From assembly GCA_035491155.1 (NCBI GenBank), contig DATJKV010000165.1, positions 1 to 36,284 of the forward strand: a stretch of 36,284 nucleotides of DNA, written 5' to 3'. The notes beneath the pieces are model-generated. The model was not told the DNA's origin. It was given only the letters and a program-made list of their open reading frames with translations, and did no database searches. This document shows positions 18,809 through 27,379 of the stretch, in pieces. This DNA comes from Magnetospirillum sp. (GTDB lineage Bacteria; Pseudomonadota; Alphaproteobacteria; Rhodospirillales; Magnetospirillaceae). A program made the position numbers and the translations under genes. Numbering within the stretch: the first letter of the stretch is position 1; every line of letters starts with the position of its first letter.

Positions 18809-19741
18809 ATGCTCGTAGGCATCGCCTTGCGCCTGGTGGTCGCGCCGGTGTTCTGGGTTTGGCGCTGGACCAAGTTCAGCGCTGGCATGGGGGTGATGCG
18901 GGGCCACCTTGCCCTGCTCTCGCCGAGCGAGCGTCGCGCCGTGCTGCTTTTCCTGCCCCTGACCTTGCCCCTGTTCACGCTGTACCGCGCCTGCTGCTTC
19001 CTTGCCCGCGTCTATCGCCGCGAATTCGCGCAATACGCACTCGAGCGCTTTGCTATCCTGGTCGGCCGCCATTACGGCAAGGGTGGCCTGTGCTATTCCG
19101 ACATCCAGGATGTTCCCGACGATGTGTTGGCGCGGCGCTGGGCCGAGCTGGGCTCCATCCGGGTGGGCCCCTTCATCGACCGCTATCCGCGCGCGCTGGC
19201 CTATCGCGACGGCGACAGCTTCCTGGACGCCGGCTGCGGCATGGGCAACGTGATCAAGGAATTGTCGGGCCGCTATCCGACGTCCGCCATCCACGGCTTC
19301 GACCTCAACCAGGACGCCATCCGCATGGTCCGCTGCGGCACCGCCGGCCGGCCGTCGATCACCGTCGAGGTCGGCAGCCTGACCGATCCGGCGCAATTGG
19401 CCAAGTTCGCCGACGGGGCGTTCGATCACGCCATCCTGTGCAACGTCTTCCACTACATCGTCGCCGGCGGCATCGCCGAATCGGCCAAGCTGCGCCAGCG
19501 GATCGTTGACGAACTGGTGCGCATCACGCGGCGCTCGGTGCTTCTGATGCTCGACCAGGTGGACCGGTCGCCCGAGACCCGGGTCGAGATCGTGTCGGCC
19601 AACGCCTGTTTCATCCGGGACGACATCCCCGGTTTCTTCGCCCGTCATCCCGGCGAGTGCCTGGTGATTTCGCCGGATCGCGACAATGTCGCCGTTCTTT
19701 ACCGCCATGGCGGCATTGGGGAAGGAGTGAGCAATGTCTGA
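18809..19741 (+). CDS. Class I SAM-dependent methyltransferase with hydrophobic N-terminus
   Basis: FLDAGCGMG, HGFDLN and FDHAILCNVFHY. Start may be GTG 18737, GTG 18791 or ATG 18809. Confidence 0.82.
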   Translation: MLVGIALRLVVAPVFWVWRWTKFSAGMGVMRGHLALLSPSERRAVLLFLPLTLPLFTLYRACCFLARVYRREFAQYALERFAILVGRHYGKGGLCYSDIQDVPDDVLARRWAELGSIRVGPFIDRYPRALAYRDGDSFLDAGCGMGNVIKELSGRYPTSAIHGFDLNQDAIRMVRCGTAGRPSITVEVGSLTDPAQLAKFADGAFDHAILCNVFHYIVAGGIAESAKLRQRIVDELVRITRRSVLLMLDQVDRSPETRVEIVSANACFIRDDIPGFFARHPGECLVISPDRDNVAVLYRHGGIGEGVSNV

Positions 19742-20864
19742 GCCCTATCGCATCCCCCTGTTCCGGCCGAACCTGGGCGACGAGGAGCGGGCGGCGGTCG
19801 ACCGCGTTCTCGCCAGCCAGTGGATCGCCATGGGTCCCGAGGTCGAGGCCTTCGAGAAGGAATTCGCCGCCTATGTCGGCGCCCAGCATGCCGTGGCGCT
19901 GAACTCGTGCACCGCCGCCCTTCACTTGGCGAATGTCGGCTTCGGCATCGGGCCGGGCGACGAGGTCATCGTGCCGTCGTTGACCTTTGCCGCCACCGCC
20001 AACGCGGTCTTCGCCACCGGCGCTGGCCCGGTCTTTGCCGACGTGGTCGGCAAGCACGATTGGACCATCGACCCCGAGGACGTGGCGCGCAAGATCACGC
20101 CGCGCACCAAGGCGGTGTGCGTCATGCACTACGCCGGCTACCCTTGTGACATGGCAGCGTTGGCCCGGCTGTGCGCCGATGCCGGCGTGATCCTGTTCGA
20201 GGACGCCGCCCACGGCCTGGGCGGCACCCTGGACGGACGTGGGCTGGGCACCCTGTCGCGGGCCGGCTGCTACAGCTTCTACAGCAACAAGATCATCACC
20301 ACCGCCGAGGGCGGCATGATCGTCACCGACGATCCCGATCTGGCGCTGCGCTATCGCCGCCTACGTTCGCACGGCATGACCGCCACCGCCGTGGACCGGG
20401 CGCGCGGCTCGCTGGGTTACGACATCGTCGAGGCCGGGTTCAATTACCGTCTCGACGACATCCGCGCCGCCCTGGGGCGGGTGCAGATGACCCGCCTCGA
20501 TCCCAGCCTCGCCCGCCGCCGGGTGCTGGTCGCCGCTTACGCCGAGCGTCTGGCGGCGATCGACGGCGTCAGCCTGCCCAATTACGGCGGACGTGGCGAG
20601 CCGGCGCATTACATCCTGCCGATTCTGGTCGAGCGCGGTGACCGCGATGCCATTCGCCGGCGCATGAACGACCTGGGCGTGCAGACCAGCTTCCATTATC
20701 CGCCGGTGCACCGTTTCCGCCATTACACCGATCAAGGCGCGATCGATCTGCCGTGGACGGAATGGGTCACCGACCGCTCCATCACCCTGCCGCTCTATCC
20801 CGAGCTGACCCTGGACGAGGTCGATTTCGTCGTCGATGTCCTGCGAAAGAGCATTGATGGCTGA
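19734..20864 (+). CDS. DegT/DnrJ/EryC1/StrS sugar aminotransferase (PseC/LegC-like role)
   Basis: NSCTAALHL, EDAAHG, SFYSNKIITTAEGG, GFNYR and ITLPLYP; GGAG RBS upstream. Confidence 0.93.
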   Translation: MSEPYRIPLFRPNLGDEERAAVDRVLASQWIAMGPEVEAFEKEFAAYVGAQHAVALNSCTAALHLANVGFGIGPGDEVIVPSLTFAATANAVFATGAGPVFADVVGKHDWTIDPEDVARKITPRTKAVCVMHYAGYPCDMAALARLCADAGVILFEDAAHGLGGTLDGRGLGTLSRAGCYSFYSNKIITTAEGGMIVTDDPDLALRYRRLRSHGMTATAVDRARGSLGYDIVEAGFNYRLDDIRAALGRVQMTRLDPSLARRRVLVAAYAERLAAIDGVSLPNYGGRGEPAHYILPILVERGDRDAIRRRMNDLGVQTSFHYPPVHRFRHYTDQGAIDLPWTEWVTDRSITLPLYPELTLDEVDFVVDVLRKSIDG

Positions 20865-21834
20865 TCTGCTGTTCGTCGTCGATGCCCTGCCGGAGACCGG
20901 GTTCGGCCACGCCGCCCGGTGCTTGGCGCTGGCCGGGATGATGCGGGACGGCAGGCCGGGGCTGGCGATCGCCTTCCAGGGGCGGTTCTCGGAAGGCGCG
21001 CGCGCGCGTATAGCCGAGGCGGCCCCGGGGATTTCCATCGTCTCTCCCGATCAGGCCATTGCGGCGCAAGTGTGCGTCGTCGATCGCATGGCGGCGCCGC
21101 TCGACATCGACGCCGTCGATCGCGATCTGGCGGCAGGCCTGGCGCAACGGTGCGGACGCCTGGTGCACATCAGTTCGGGCACCCGCGACCCGCGGCTGCC
21201 CGAGGACTGGCTGGTGGTGGGCTATCACCCCGGCGGGCCGGCGCCGGTGCCGCCACGGCTGCTGTGGGGCTTGGATTTCGTCCCCACCGACATCGGCGAG
21301 CCGCTCGACCACGTGGTCCGCGACCCGAAGCGCCTGCTGGTGGCGCTGGGCGGCTACCAGATGCCCGGCGCGGTGACCCGAGTCCTCGCGGCGGCGGCGC
21401 TGGTCCCGGAAATCGCCGCCATCGACGTGCTGGCCTCGCCGGTGGCGGACGAGACGGTGGATTGCGGCGTGCTGCGCCCCGACCAGAGCCTGACCGTCCA
21501 CCGCAACGTGCCCTCGGTCTTTCCGCTCATTGCGGCGGCGGGAACCGTCCTGGCCAGCATGGGAAACCTGGCTTATGAAGCCCTGGCCTTGGGCACGCCT
21601 GCCTGCCTGATCGGGCAAAAGCAGTTCCAATCCGACATCGCCCGGGTGCTGGACCGCATGGGGCTGGCGGTGGCGGGCGGCATGCTGGCCGAACAAGACG
21701 TCGCCGGCTTGGCCGCCGGCCTGTCGGCCACCATGGAAAGAGCGCCCGCGCTCAGCGGCGCGGCGTCCGCCGCCGTTCCGCGGGACGGTTTGCGCAAGAT
21801 GACGCGGGCCATCGAGGCTTTCGCGGGGAGGTAG
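20857..21834 (+). CDS. PseG/SpsG-family nucleotide-sugar hydrolase (GT28-like fold)
   Basis: VDALPETGFGHAARCLALA (GxGHxxRC motif), LLVALGG and GNLAYEALALGTP. Confidence 0.75.
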   Translation: MADLLFVVDALPETGFGHAARCLALAGMMRDGRPGLAIAFQGRFSEGARARIAEAAPGISIVSPDQAIAAQVCVVDRMAAPLDIDAVDRDLAAGLAQRCGRLVHISSGTRDPRLPEDWLVVGYHPGGPAPVPPRLLWGLDFVPTDIGEPLDHVVRDPKRLLVALGGYQMPGAVTRVLAAAALVPEIAAIDVLASPVADETVDCGVLRPDQSLTVHRNVPSVFPLIAAAGTVLASMGNLAYEALALGTPACLIGQKQFQSDIARVLDRMGLAVAGGMLAEQDVAGLAAGLSATMERAPALSGAASAAVPRDGLRKMTRAIEAFAGR

Positions 21835-21841
21835 GCTCGTC

Positions 21842-22480
21842 ATGAACAGGATCGTCAGCGTGGTGGTGGACAACGACAGTTGGTTCCTGCCGCACGCCCA
21901 TCGACTGGTGGCCGACATTTGCGCCGATGGCGACGATGCGCGCCTGTGCCGGGCCCATGCCGATATTCCCGAAGGCGACATCGCCTTCTACCTGAGCTGC
22001 ATCCGAATAACGCCGCCCGAGGTTCTGGGCCGCAACAAGGTCAACCTGGTGGTTCACGCCAGCGATCTGCCCAAGGGCAGGGGATTCTCGCCGGTCGCCT
22101 GGCAGGTGGCGCAAGGCTGCAACGACATCCCGCTCTGCCTGCTGCATGCCGTCGACGGGGTCGACGCCGGTCCGGTGGTCTATCGCGACCATATCCACCT
22201 GGAAGGGCACGAATTGCTGGACGAGATCCATGTGCGGCAGGCCGAGGCGGTCAACGCTTTGTGCCTGCGTTATCTGCGCGACCCCGAACCGCCGCCGGGA
22301 ACGCCGCAATCGGGCGAGCCCTCGGTGTTCCCCCGCCGCACGCGGCGAGACGACGAGCTGGACGTAGAGCAGTCGCTGGCCGCGTTGTTCGACCGCCTCA
22401 GGGTCGCGGACAACGACAAGTTCCCCGCCTATTTCCGCCTGCACGGGCATACCTACCTGCTGCGGATCACCAAGGAATGA
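21842..22480 (+). CDS. Short formyltransferase-family protein (putative sugar N-formyltransferase)
   Basis: NLVVHASDLPKGRGFSP, VDAGPV, RR...D and LRVADN...PAYF. Confidence 0.8.
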   Translation: MNRIVSVVVDNDSWFLPHAHRLVADICADGDDARLCRAHADIPEGDIAFYLSCIRITPPEVLGRNKVNLVVHASDLPKGRGFSPVAWQVAQGCNDIPLCLLHAVDGVDAGPVVYRDHIHLEGHELLDEIHVRQAEAVNALCLRYLRDPEPPPGTPQSGEPSVFPRRTRRDDELDVEQSLAALFDRLRVADNDKFPAYFRLHGHTYLLRITKE

Positions 22481-24195
22481 CGGCCTTGGTCAGCCAGGCG
22501 GGACGGGGCGGCATCGTCGGCATTCTGCAGGCGCGCATGGGGTCGACCCGCCTACCCGGCAAGATCCTCATGCCGCTGGCAGGCGCTCCCATGCTGCAGC
22601 GCCTGGTGGAACGCTTGCGCCGCTCGTGCCGGCTCGATCATCTGGTGGTCGCCACCAGCGACCAGCCCGCCGACGACGCCACCGCCCAATTGTGTCGCGA
22701 CATCGGCGTCGATTGCTTCCGGGGCAGCGAAACGGACGTTCTCAGCCGCTTCCTGGCGGTGGCGGGGGCCACCGGCGCGGATTTGGTGGTGCGGCTGACC
22801 GGCGACAACCCGTTCGTCGACGGCCCCCTGGTCGATCAACTGATCGCGGAGTTCGAGGCCTGCGTCCCCGCCCTCGACTACGCCAATAATATCGACGGCT
22901 CGGGCTACCCTTACGGCCTGTCGCTGGAAATCGTCTCCCGCAAGGCCTTGGAAGCCGCAGGGGCCAGCGACGATCCCCAGGATCGCGAGCACGTCACTCG
23001 TTTCGTGCGTAACGGTGGCCGCTTTCGCGGGGGCGTTCTCAAGGCGAAGACCGCCTTCGCGTACGACCGCTTGACCGTTGATACCGCCGACGACTATCAG
23101 AAGGTCCGGGCCCTGTTCGAGCGGCTATACGCCGAGCAACCGGACTTTTCGCTGCCGGCCCTTAGCCTGGAGGCTCCCATGCAAGTTTCTACCTTCTCCA
23201 TCGCCGGCCGCGAGATCGGGCCGGGCCGCGCCCCCTATCTGATCGCCGAAGCCGGCATCAACCACGACGGCAATCCCGAGCAGGCGATGGCGCTGGTCGA
23301 GGCGGCGGCGCGGTCGGGCGCCGACGCCCTCAAGCTGCAGGTCTTCGAGACCGGCAAGTTCCTGGCGCTGTCCAGCGCCTATTTCGACATCTTCCGTGAG
23401 CGCGAGCTGTCCAACTCGGTGATCACCGCCATGATCCGCCGGGCCGAGGAGCTGGGCCTGACCGTCTTCTCGTCGGTGTTCGACGAAGGCAGCGCCGACA
23501 TGCTGGCCGAGATGGGTACGCCGGCATTCAAGATCGCCTCGGGCGACCTCACCCACCTGCCGCTGCTGCGCCATATCGCCCGCCACGGCCGGCCGATCAT
23601 CCTGTCCACCGGCTGCGCCACCCTGGATGAGATCGGCGAGGCCATCGCCGCGATCCGCGAGGTGAATGCCCAGTTGCCCGTCGCCGTGTTGCACTGCGTG
23701 TCCAACTATCCCACCAATCCCAGCCAAGCCAACCTGGCCTGCATGCGCTCGATCGCCGAACGTTTCGGAGTCGTGGTGGGCTATTCCGACCATACCCAGG
23801 GCATCGCCGTGCCCATCGCGGCGGTGGCGCTGGGAGCGACCATCATCGAGAAGCACTTCACCCTGGACCGGAACTTGCCGGGTCCGGATCACGCCCTGTC
23901 GGCCGATCCGCAGGAATTCGCCGCCATGGCCGCCGCCGCGCGCGATGCCGCCGCGAGCGTCGGCAGTGCGGTCAAGGCGCCGGTCGAGGAGGCGTCGTTT
24001 ATCCCGCTCATTCGCCGCAGCATCGTGGCGGCGGTGGATCTGCCCGCTGGCACCGTGGTCGAGGCCGCTATGCTGGGCTTCAAGCGGCCCGGAACCGGCA
24101 TCGCGCCTCGCGAGCTCGAACGGCTCGTCGGCCGGCGCACCTCCCGTGCATTCGCCGCCGACGAGGCCCTGGCCTGGGACGGGCTGGGGGACTGA
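22477..24195 (+). CDS. Fusion of SpsF/PseF-type cytidylyltransferase and NeuB/PseI/SpsE nonulosonate synthase with SAF domain
   Basis: ATGA overlap. QARMGSTRLPGK, RLTGDNP, REHVT and LTVDT; then from ATG 23179 IAEAGINHDG, FKIASGD, LHCVSNYP, GYSDHT, IEKHFTL and KRPGTG, with no in-frame stop between. Confidence 0.9.
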   Translation: MTALVSQAGRGGIVGILQARMGSTRLPGKILMPLAGAPMLQRLVERLRRSCRLDHLVVATSDQPADDATAQLCRDIGVDCFRGSETDVLSRFLAVAGATGADLVVRLTGDNPFVDGPLVDQLIAEFEACVPALDYANNIDGSGYPYGLSLEIVSRKALEAAGASDDPQDREHVTRFVRNGGRFRGGVLKAKTAFAYDRLTVDTADDYQKVRALFERLYAEQPDFSLPALSLEAPMQVSTFSIAGREIGPGRAPYLIAEAGINHDGNPEQAMALVEAAARSGADALKLQVFETGKFLALSSAYFDIFRERELSNSVITAMIRRAEELGLTVFSSVFDEGSADMLAEMGTPAFKIASGDLTHLPLLRHIARHGRPIILSTGCATLDEIGEAIAAIREVNAQLPVAVLHCVSNYPTNPSQANLACMRSIAERFGVVVGYSDHTQGIAVPIAAVALGATIIEKHFTLDRNLPGPDHALSADPQEFAAMAAAARDAAASVGSAVKAPVEEASFIPLIRRSIVAAVDLPAGTVVEAAMLGFKRPGTGIAPRELERLVGRRTSRAFAADEALAWDGLGD

Positions 24196-24204
24196 TCCAG
24201 CAAC

Positions 24205-24235
24205 GGAAGGCCGGTCCCGCCGGCCTTCCTCTTTT
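24205..24235 (+). terminator. Intrinsic (rho-independent) terminator
   Basis: Perfect 10-bp stem GGAAGGCCGG (24205-24214) / CCGGCCTTCC (24220-24229), 5-nt loop, then TCTTTT, starting 10 nt after the synthase stop. Confidence 0.7.
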
Positions 24236-24253
24236 CCACCTGAGGCCTAAACC

Positions 24254-25858
24254 GTGCCGGTTCTTCTTCGCCACAGCCGCGATCTTCCGCCGCAGACGGC
24301 ATGGTCCGCCTGGTGCACCGTCGCCGGCACCGAGACGCCGCCGTTGGACCCCCCCGCCCGCCTGCGCGGCGAGGCGGCCCGGCTGGAGGCCGCCTTCGAC
24401 GCCATGCGCGACGAATGGTGGGCCTTGGGCCGTACGCTCGCCGGCGAGCCGACCGGCGAGCTGGGCCACATGCCCACCGCCAGCGTCTATGCCTCCGATA
24501 CCGGCGTGCAGCTGGCCTGGGCCCACGTGGTGCGTGACCTCGCCGCCGAAGCGGAGAGCACATTGGTGCTGTGTGACGACCCTTGGGTGTTTCGTCACCT
24601 GGCGGCGCTTCCCGGCGTTAAGGCTGGTGCCGCCCCGGCGCTCGCCAAGGCGGAACTCAAGCTGGCCGTGCGCGGTTTTGCCGCCCGCACCATGGTGGCG
24701 ATGCGGGCACTGTCGAGCTGGTGGAAATGCCGCGGCCAGCGCACCCACCATCGCCTAAATGCGCCGGTGTTGCTGGCCTACGGCCATCCCGGCAGTGACG
24801 CCAACGGCAAGGACGCCTATTTCGGCCCGCTGCTGCGCGAAATCCCGCCGCTGGTGCGCCTGCTCCACACCGATTGTCGGGTGGGGCGGGCCCGCCAGCT
24901 CGCCGCCGACGGGCGCACCGCCGCGCTGCACGCCTGGGGCAATCCGCTGTGGGTGCTGGACCTGCCTTTCGCCCGCTGGCGTCCCAGCGCCGCCGCCCGC
25001 TCAGGCGCGCACGGCTGGCTGGTGCGCCGGGCCGCCTGTGTCGAGGGCGGCGGCGGCTCGGCAGCCATCACCCGTTGGCAGATGCGCTGCCAGCGCGCCT
25101 GGGCGCAGGCGGTCAAGCCCCGCGTGGTGGCGTGGCCGTGGGAGAACCATCCGTGGGAGCGTGCCTTCAGTCGGCTTGGGCGGACCCTGGGGTTCAAGAC
25201 CATTGGCTACCAGCACACCGTGGTGGGGCCGCACATGTACAACCAGGCGCCGGCCACCAATCCCGACGGCCTGAACAGCCTGCCTGACCTGATCGCCGCC
25301 AATGGCCCGGCCTACCGCGATAATCTGCGCGACTGGGGCATCCCGGCCGAGCGGCTGGCGGTGTGCGGCGCCTTTCGCATCGCCGGGCCGACCCCGCTGC
25401 GCCACGACCCCGCCGGCCCGTTCTTCGTCGGGCTGTCCAACGAGCCGCGTTACAACGACCAACTGATGGCGGTGGTGAAGCCGCTGGCCGAGGCGGGCCT
25501 GCGCTTTCTGGTCAAGCAGCACCCCATGTTCCCTTACGACTTCGAGGAAACCGAAAGCTTGCGCCGCACCGACGTGCAGCTTCAGCACCACGACGGCTTG
25601 GCCGGAGTGGTGTTCTGCACCGGCGCGGTGGGCCTGGAGGGCGTGTTAGGCGGACTGCCCACCTTCCGCTTCCGCCCGCGCGGCTATGTGGCCATGAACG
25701 TCATGCCCCCCGGCATCAGCGCCGTTCCGGTGGATGCCGAAACTCTGGGCGAGGCCCTGCGCGCGGCGCGGCCGCCGGCCGCGGTATCGTGGGACAGCGT
25801 CTTTGCTCTACCCGATCTGGCGCTGTGGCGCCGCCTGCTGGAAGGACCCTCGCCATGA
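24254..25858 (+). CDS. Hypothetical surface carbohydrate biosynthesis protein, GT-B-like (resembles LIC13510/TIGR04326 family)
   Basis: 534 aa with DAYFG, WENHPWER, IGYQHT, FLVKQHP and AVGLEGVLGGLP. Family resemblance is from memory. Confidence 0.55.
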   Translation: MPVLLRHSRDLPPQTAWSAWCTVAGTETPPLDPPARLRGEAARLEAAFDAMRDEWWALGRTLAGEPTGELGHMPTASVYASDTGVQLAWAHVVRDLAAEAESTLVLCDDPWVFRHLAALPGVKAGAAPALAKAELKLAVRGFAARTMVAMRALSSWWKCRGQRTHHRLNAPVLLAYGHPGSDANGKDAYFGPLLREIPPLVRLLHTDCRVGRARQLAADGRTAALHAWGNPLWVLDLPFARWRPSAAARSGAHGWLVRRAACVEGGGGSAAITRWQMRCQRAWAQAVKPRVVAWPWENHPWERAFSRLGRTLGFKTIGYQHTVVGPHMYNQAPATNPDGLNSLPDLIAANGPAYRDNLRDWGIPAERLAVCGAFRIAGPTPLRHDPAGPFFVGLSNEPRYNDQLMAVVKPLAEAGLRFLVKQHPMFPYDFEETESLRRTDVQLQHHDGLAGVVFCTGAVGLEGVLGGLPTFRFRPRGYVAMNVMPPGISAVPVDAETLGEALRAARPPAAVSWDSVFALPDLALWRRLLEGPSP

Positions 25859-26607
25859 AGGTCGAGACTTTGCGCGCCCGCCTGCAATCGGGCCAACCGG
25901 CCATCGGCACTTGGCTCGGCATTCCCCACCCCATCTCGGCCGAGGCCATGGCCAGCCTTGGCTACCACTGGCTGGCGGTGGACATGGAGCATGCCGGGGC
26001 GTCGGTAGACCAGGCGATGGCCTGCTTCCTGGCGGCCGAGCGCCACGGTTGCGTGCCCCTGGCCCGGTTGCCCTCGGCCGATCCCTATCTGGCCCGCCGC
26101 CTGCTCGACGGCGGCGCCCAAGGGCTGATCATCCCGGTGGTGGAAAGCATCGAGGGCTGGGCCGAGTTCGCCGCCCACTGCCTTTACCCGCCTCACGGCC
26201 GGCGCGGCGTCGGTCTGTCGCGTTGCAACGGCTGGGGTGACAGCTTCAAGGAGTATCTGACCGGCTTCCGCCCGTTGCTGGTGCCGCAGATCGAGACTCG
26301 CCGGGGTGCCGAGGAGGCGGCGGCCATCGCCGCCCGCGACGAGGTGGACGCGCTGTTCCTGGGACCCTACGACCTATCCGCTGACCTGGGTGCGGCTGGC
26401 GACTTCGCCAACGCTACCCTGAAGGCCGCCATCACCAAGGTGCGCGAGGCCTGCACGGGCGCGGGCAAGCCCTGTGGCATCCACCAGGTGGCCGCCGAGC
26501 CGGCCCAGTTGGAGGCCCGCATCGCCGAGGGCTTCCGCTTCATCGCCTATTCCACCGATGTCATCGCCATGCGCGCCGCGCTGGGCGGTGTCGGCCATCT
26601 GCTGTAG
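25855..26607 (+). CDS. HpcH/HpaI class II pyruvate aldolase
   Basis: ATGA overlap. IGTWL, VDMEH, LARL, LDGGAQGLIIP, PQIET and LFLGPYDLS. Confidence 0.92.
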   Translation: MKVETLRARLQSGQPAIGTWLGIPHPISAEAMASLGYHWLAVDMEHAGASVDQAMACFLAAERHGCVPLARLPSADPYLARRLLDGGAQGLIIPVVESIEGWAEFAAHCLYPPHGRRGVGLSRCNGWGDSFKEYLTGFRPLLVPQIETRRGAEEAAAIAARDEVDALFLGPYDLSADLGAAGDFANATLKAAITKVREACTGAGKPCGIHQVAAEPAQLEARIAEGFRFIAYSTDVIAMRAALGGVGHLL

Positions 26608-26618
26608 CGAGGACCACG

Positions 26619-27377
26619 ATGAGGACCGTCTGCGTCATCCCCGCCCGCATGGGTTCCAGCCGCTATCCGGGCAAGCCGCTCGAACCCATGCTGGGCTTGG
26701 CGCTGGTGTTGCACGTGTGGCACCGCTGCCGCCTCACCCCCGGCCTTGATCGGGTGGTGATCGCCACCTGTGACGAGGAAATCCGAGCCGCCTGCGTAAC
26801 GGCCGGGGCCGAGGTGGTGATGACCGCCGATTCCCATCCCGGCTGCGTCGACCGTACCGTGGAAGCCATCGACAACATGGGCGAGAGGCTGGGCGACGGC
26901 GACTTCGTGCTCATGGTTCAGGGCGACGAGGTGATGGTCAGCCCCGAAATGTGCGCCGCCATCCTGGACGCCTATCGGGCCACGGGCGATGCCGTGGTGA
27001 ACCTGGCTACCCGCGTGGTCGACCTGGCCGACCACGACGACCCCAACTGCGTCAAGGTGTGCAGCGCCCCCGATGGCCGCGCCCTGTTCTTCTCGCGCTC
27101 GCCCATCCCCAACCGGGTACGCCAGCCCGACGTGGCAATCTACCAGCAGACCGGCGTCATCGGCTTCAAGCCTTCGTTCCTGCGCACCTTCGGCGCATTG
27201 GAGCGCACGCCGCTGGAGATCGCCGAGGGCATCGACATGTTGCGCACGCTGGAGCACGGCTATCCCATTCGGATCGTGCGGTCCGAAACCCCCACCATCG
27301 GCGTCGACACCCCCGCCGACCTCAAGCGCGGCGAGGACATGCTGCGCGCCGATCCGGTGACGGCCCGGTATCTGTGA
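26619..27377 (+). CDS. kdsB: KdsB-like CMP-ulosonate synthetase (cytidylyltransferase)
   Basis: GAGGA RBS. IPARMGSSRYPGKPL, VQGDE, NCVKV, LFFSRSPIP, LEIAEGIDMLR and GVDTPADL. The substrate may not be Kdo. Confidence 0.85.
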   Translation: MRTVCVIPARMGSSRYPGKPLEPMLGLALVLHVWHRCRLTPGLDRVVIATCDEEIRAACVTAGAEVVMTADSHPGCVDRTVEAIDNMGERLGDGDFVLMVQGDEVMVSPEMCAAILDAYRATGDAVVNLATRVVDLADHDDPNCVKVCSAPDGRALFFSRSPIPNRVRQPDVAIYQQTGVIGFKPSFLRTFGALERTPLEIAEGIDMLRTLEHGYPIRIVRSETPTIGVDTPADLKRGEDMLRADPVTARYL

Positions 27378-27379
27378 GC

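Noticed and set aside
17333-19708. 791-aa minus-strand ORF
   Set aside because: Antisense shadow of well-supported, translationally linked plus-strand genes. It has no recognisable motifs, and such ORFs are typical of high-GC3 DNA.
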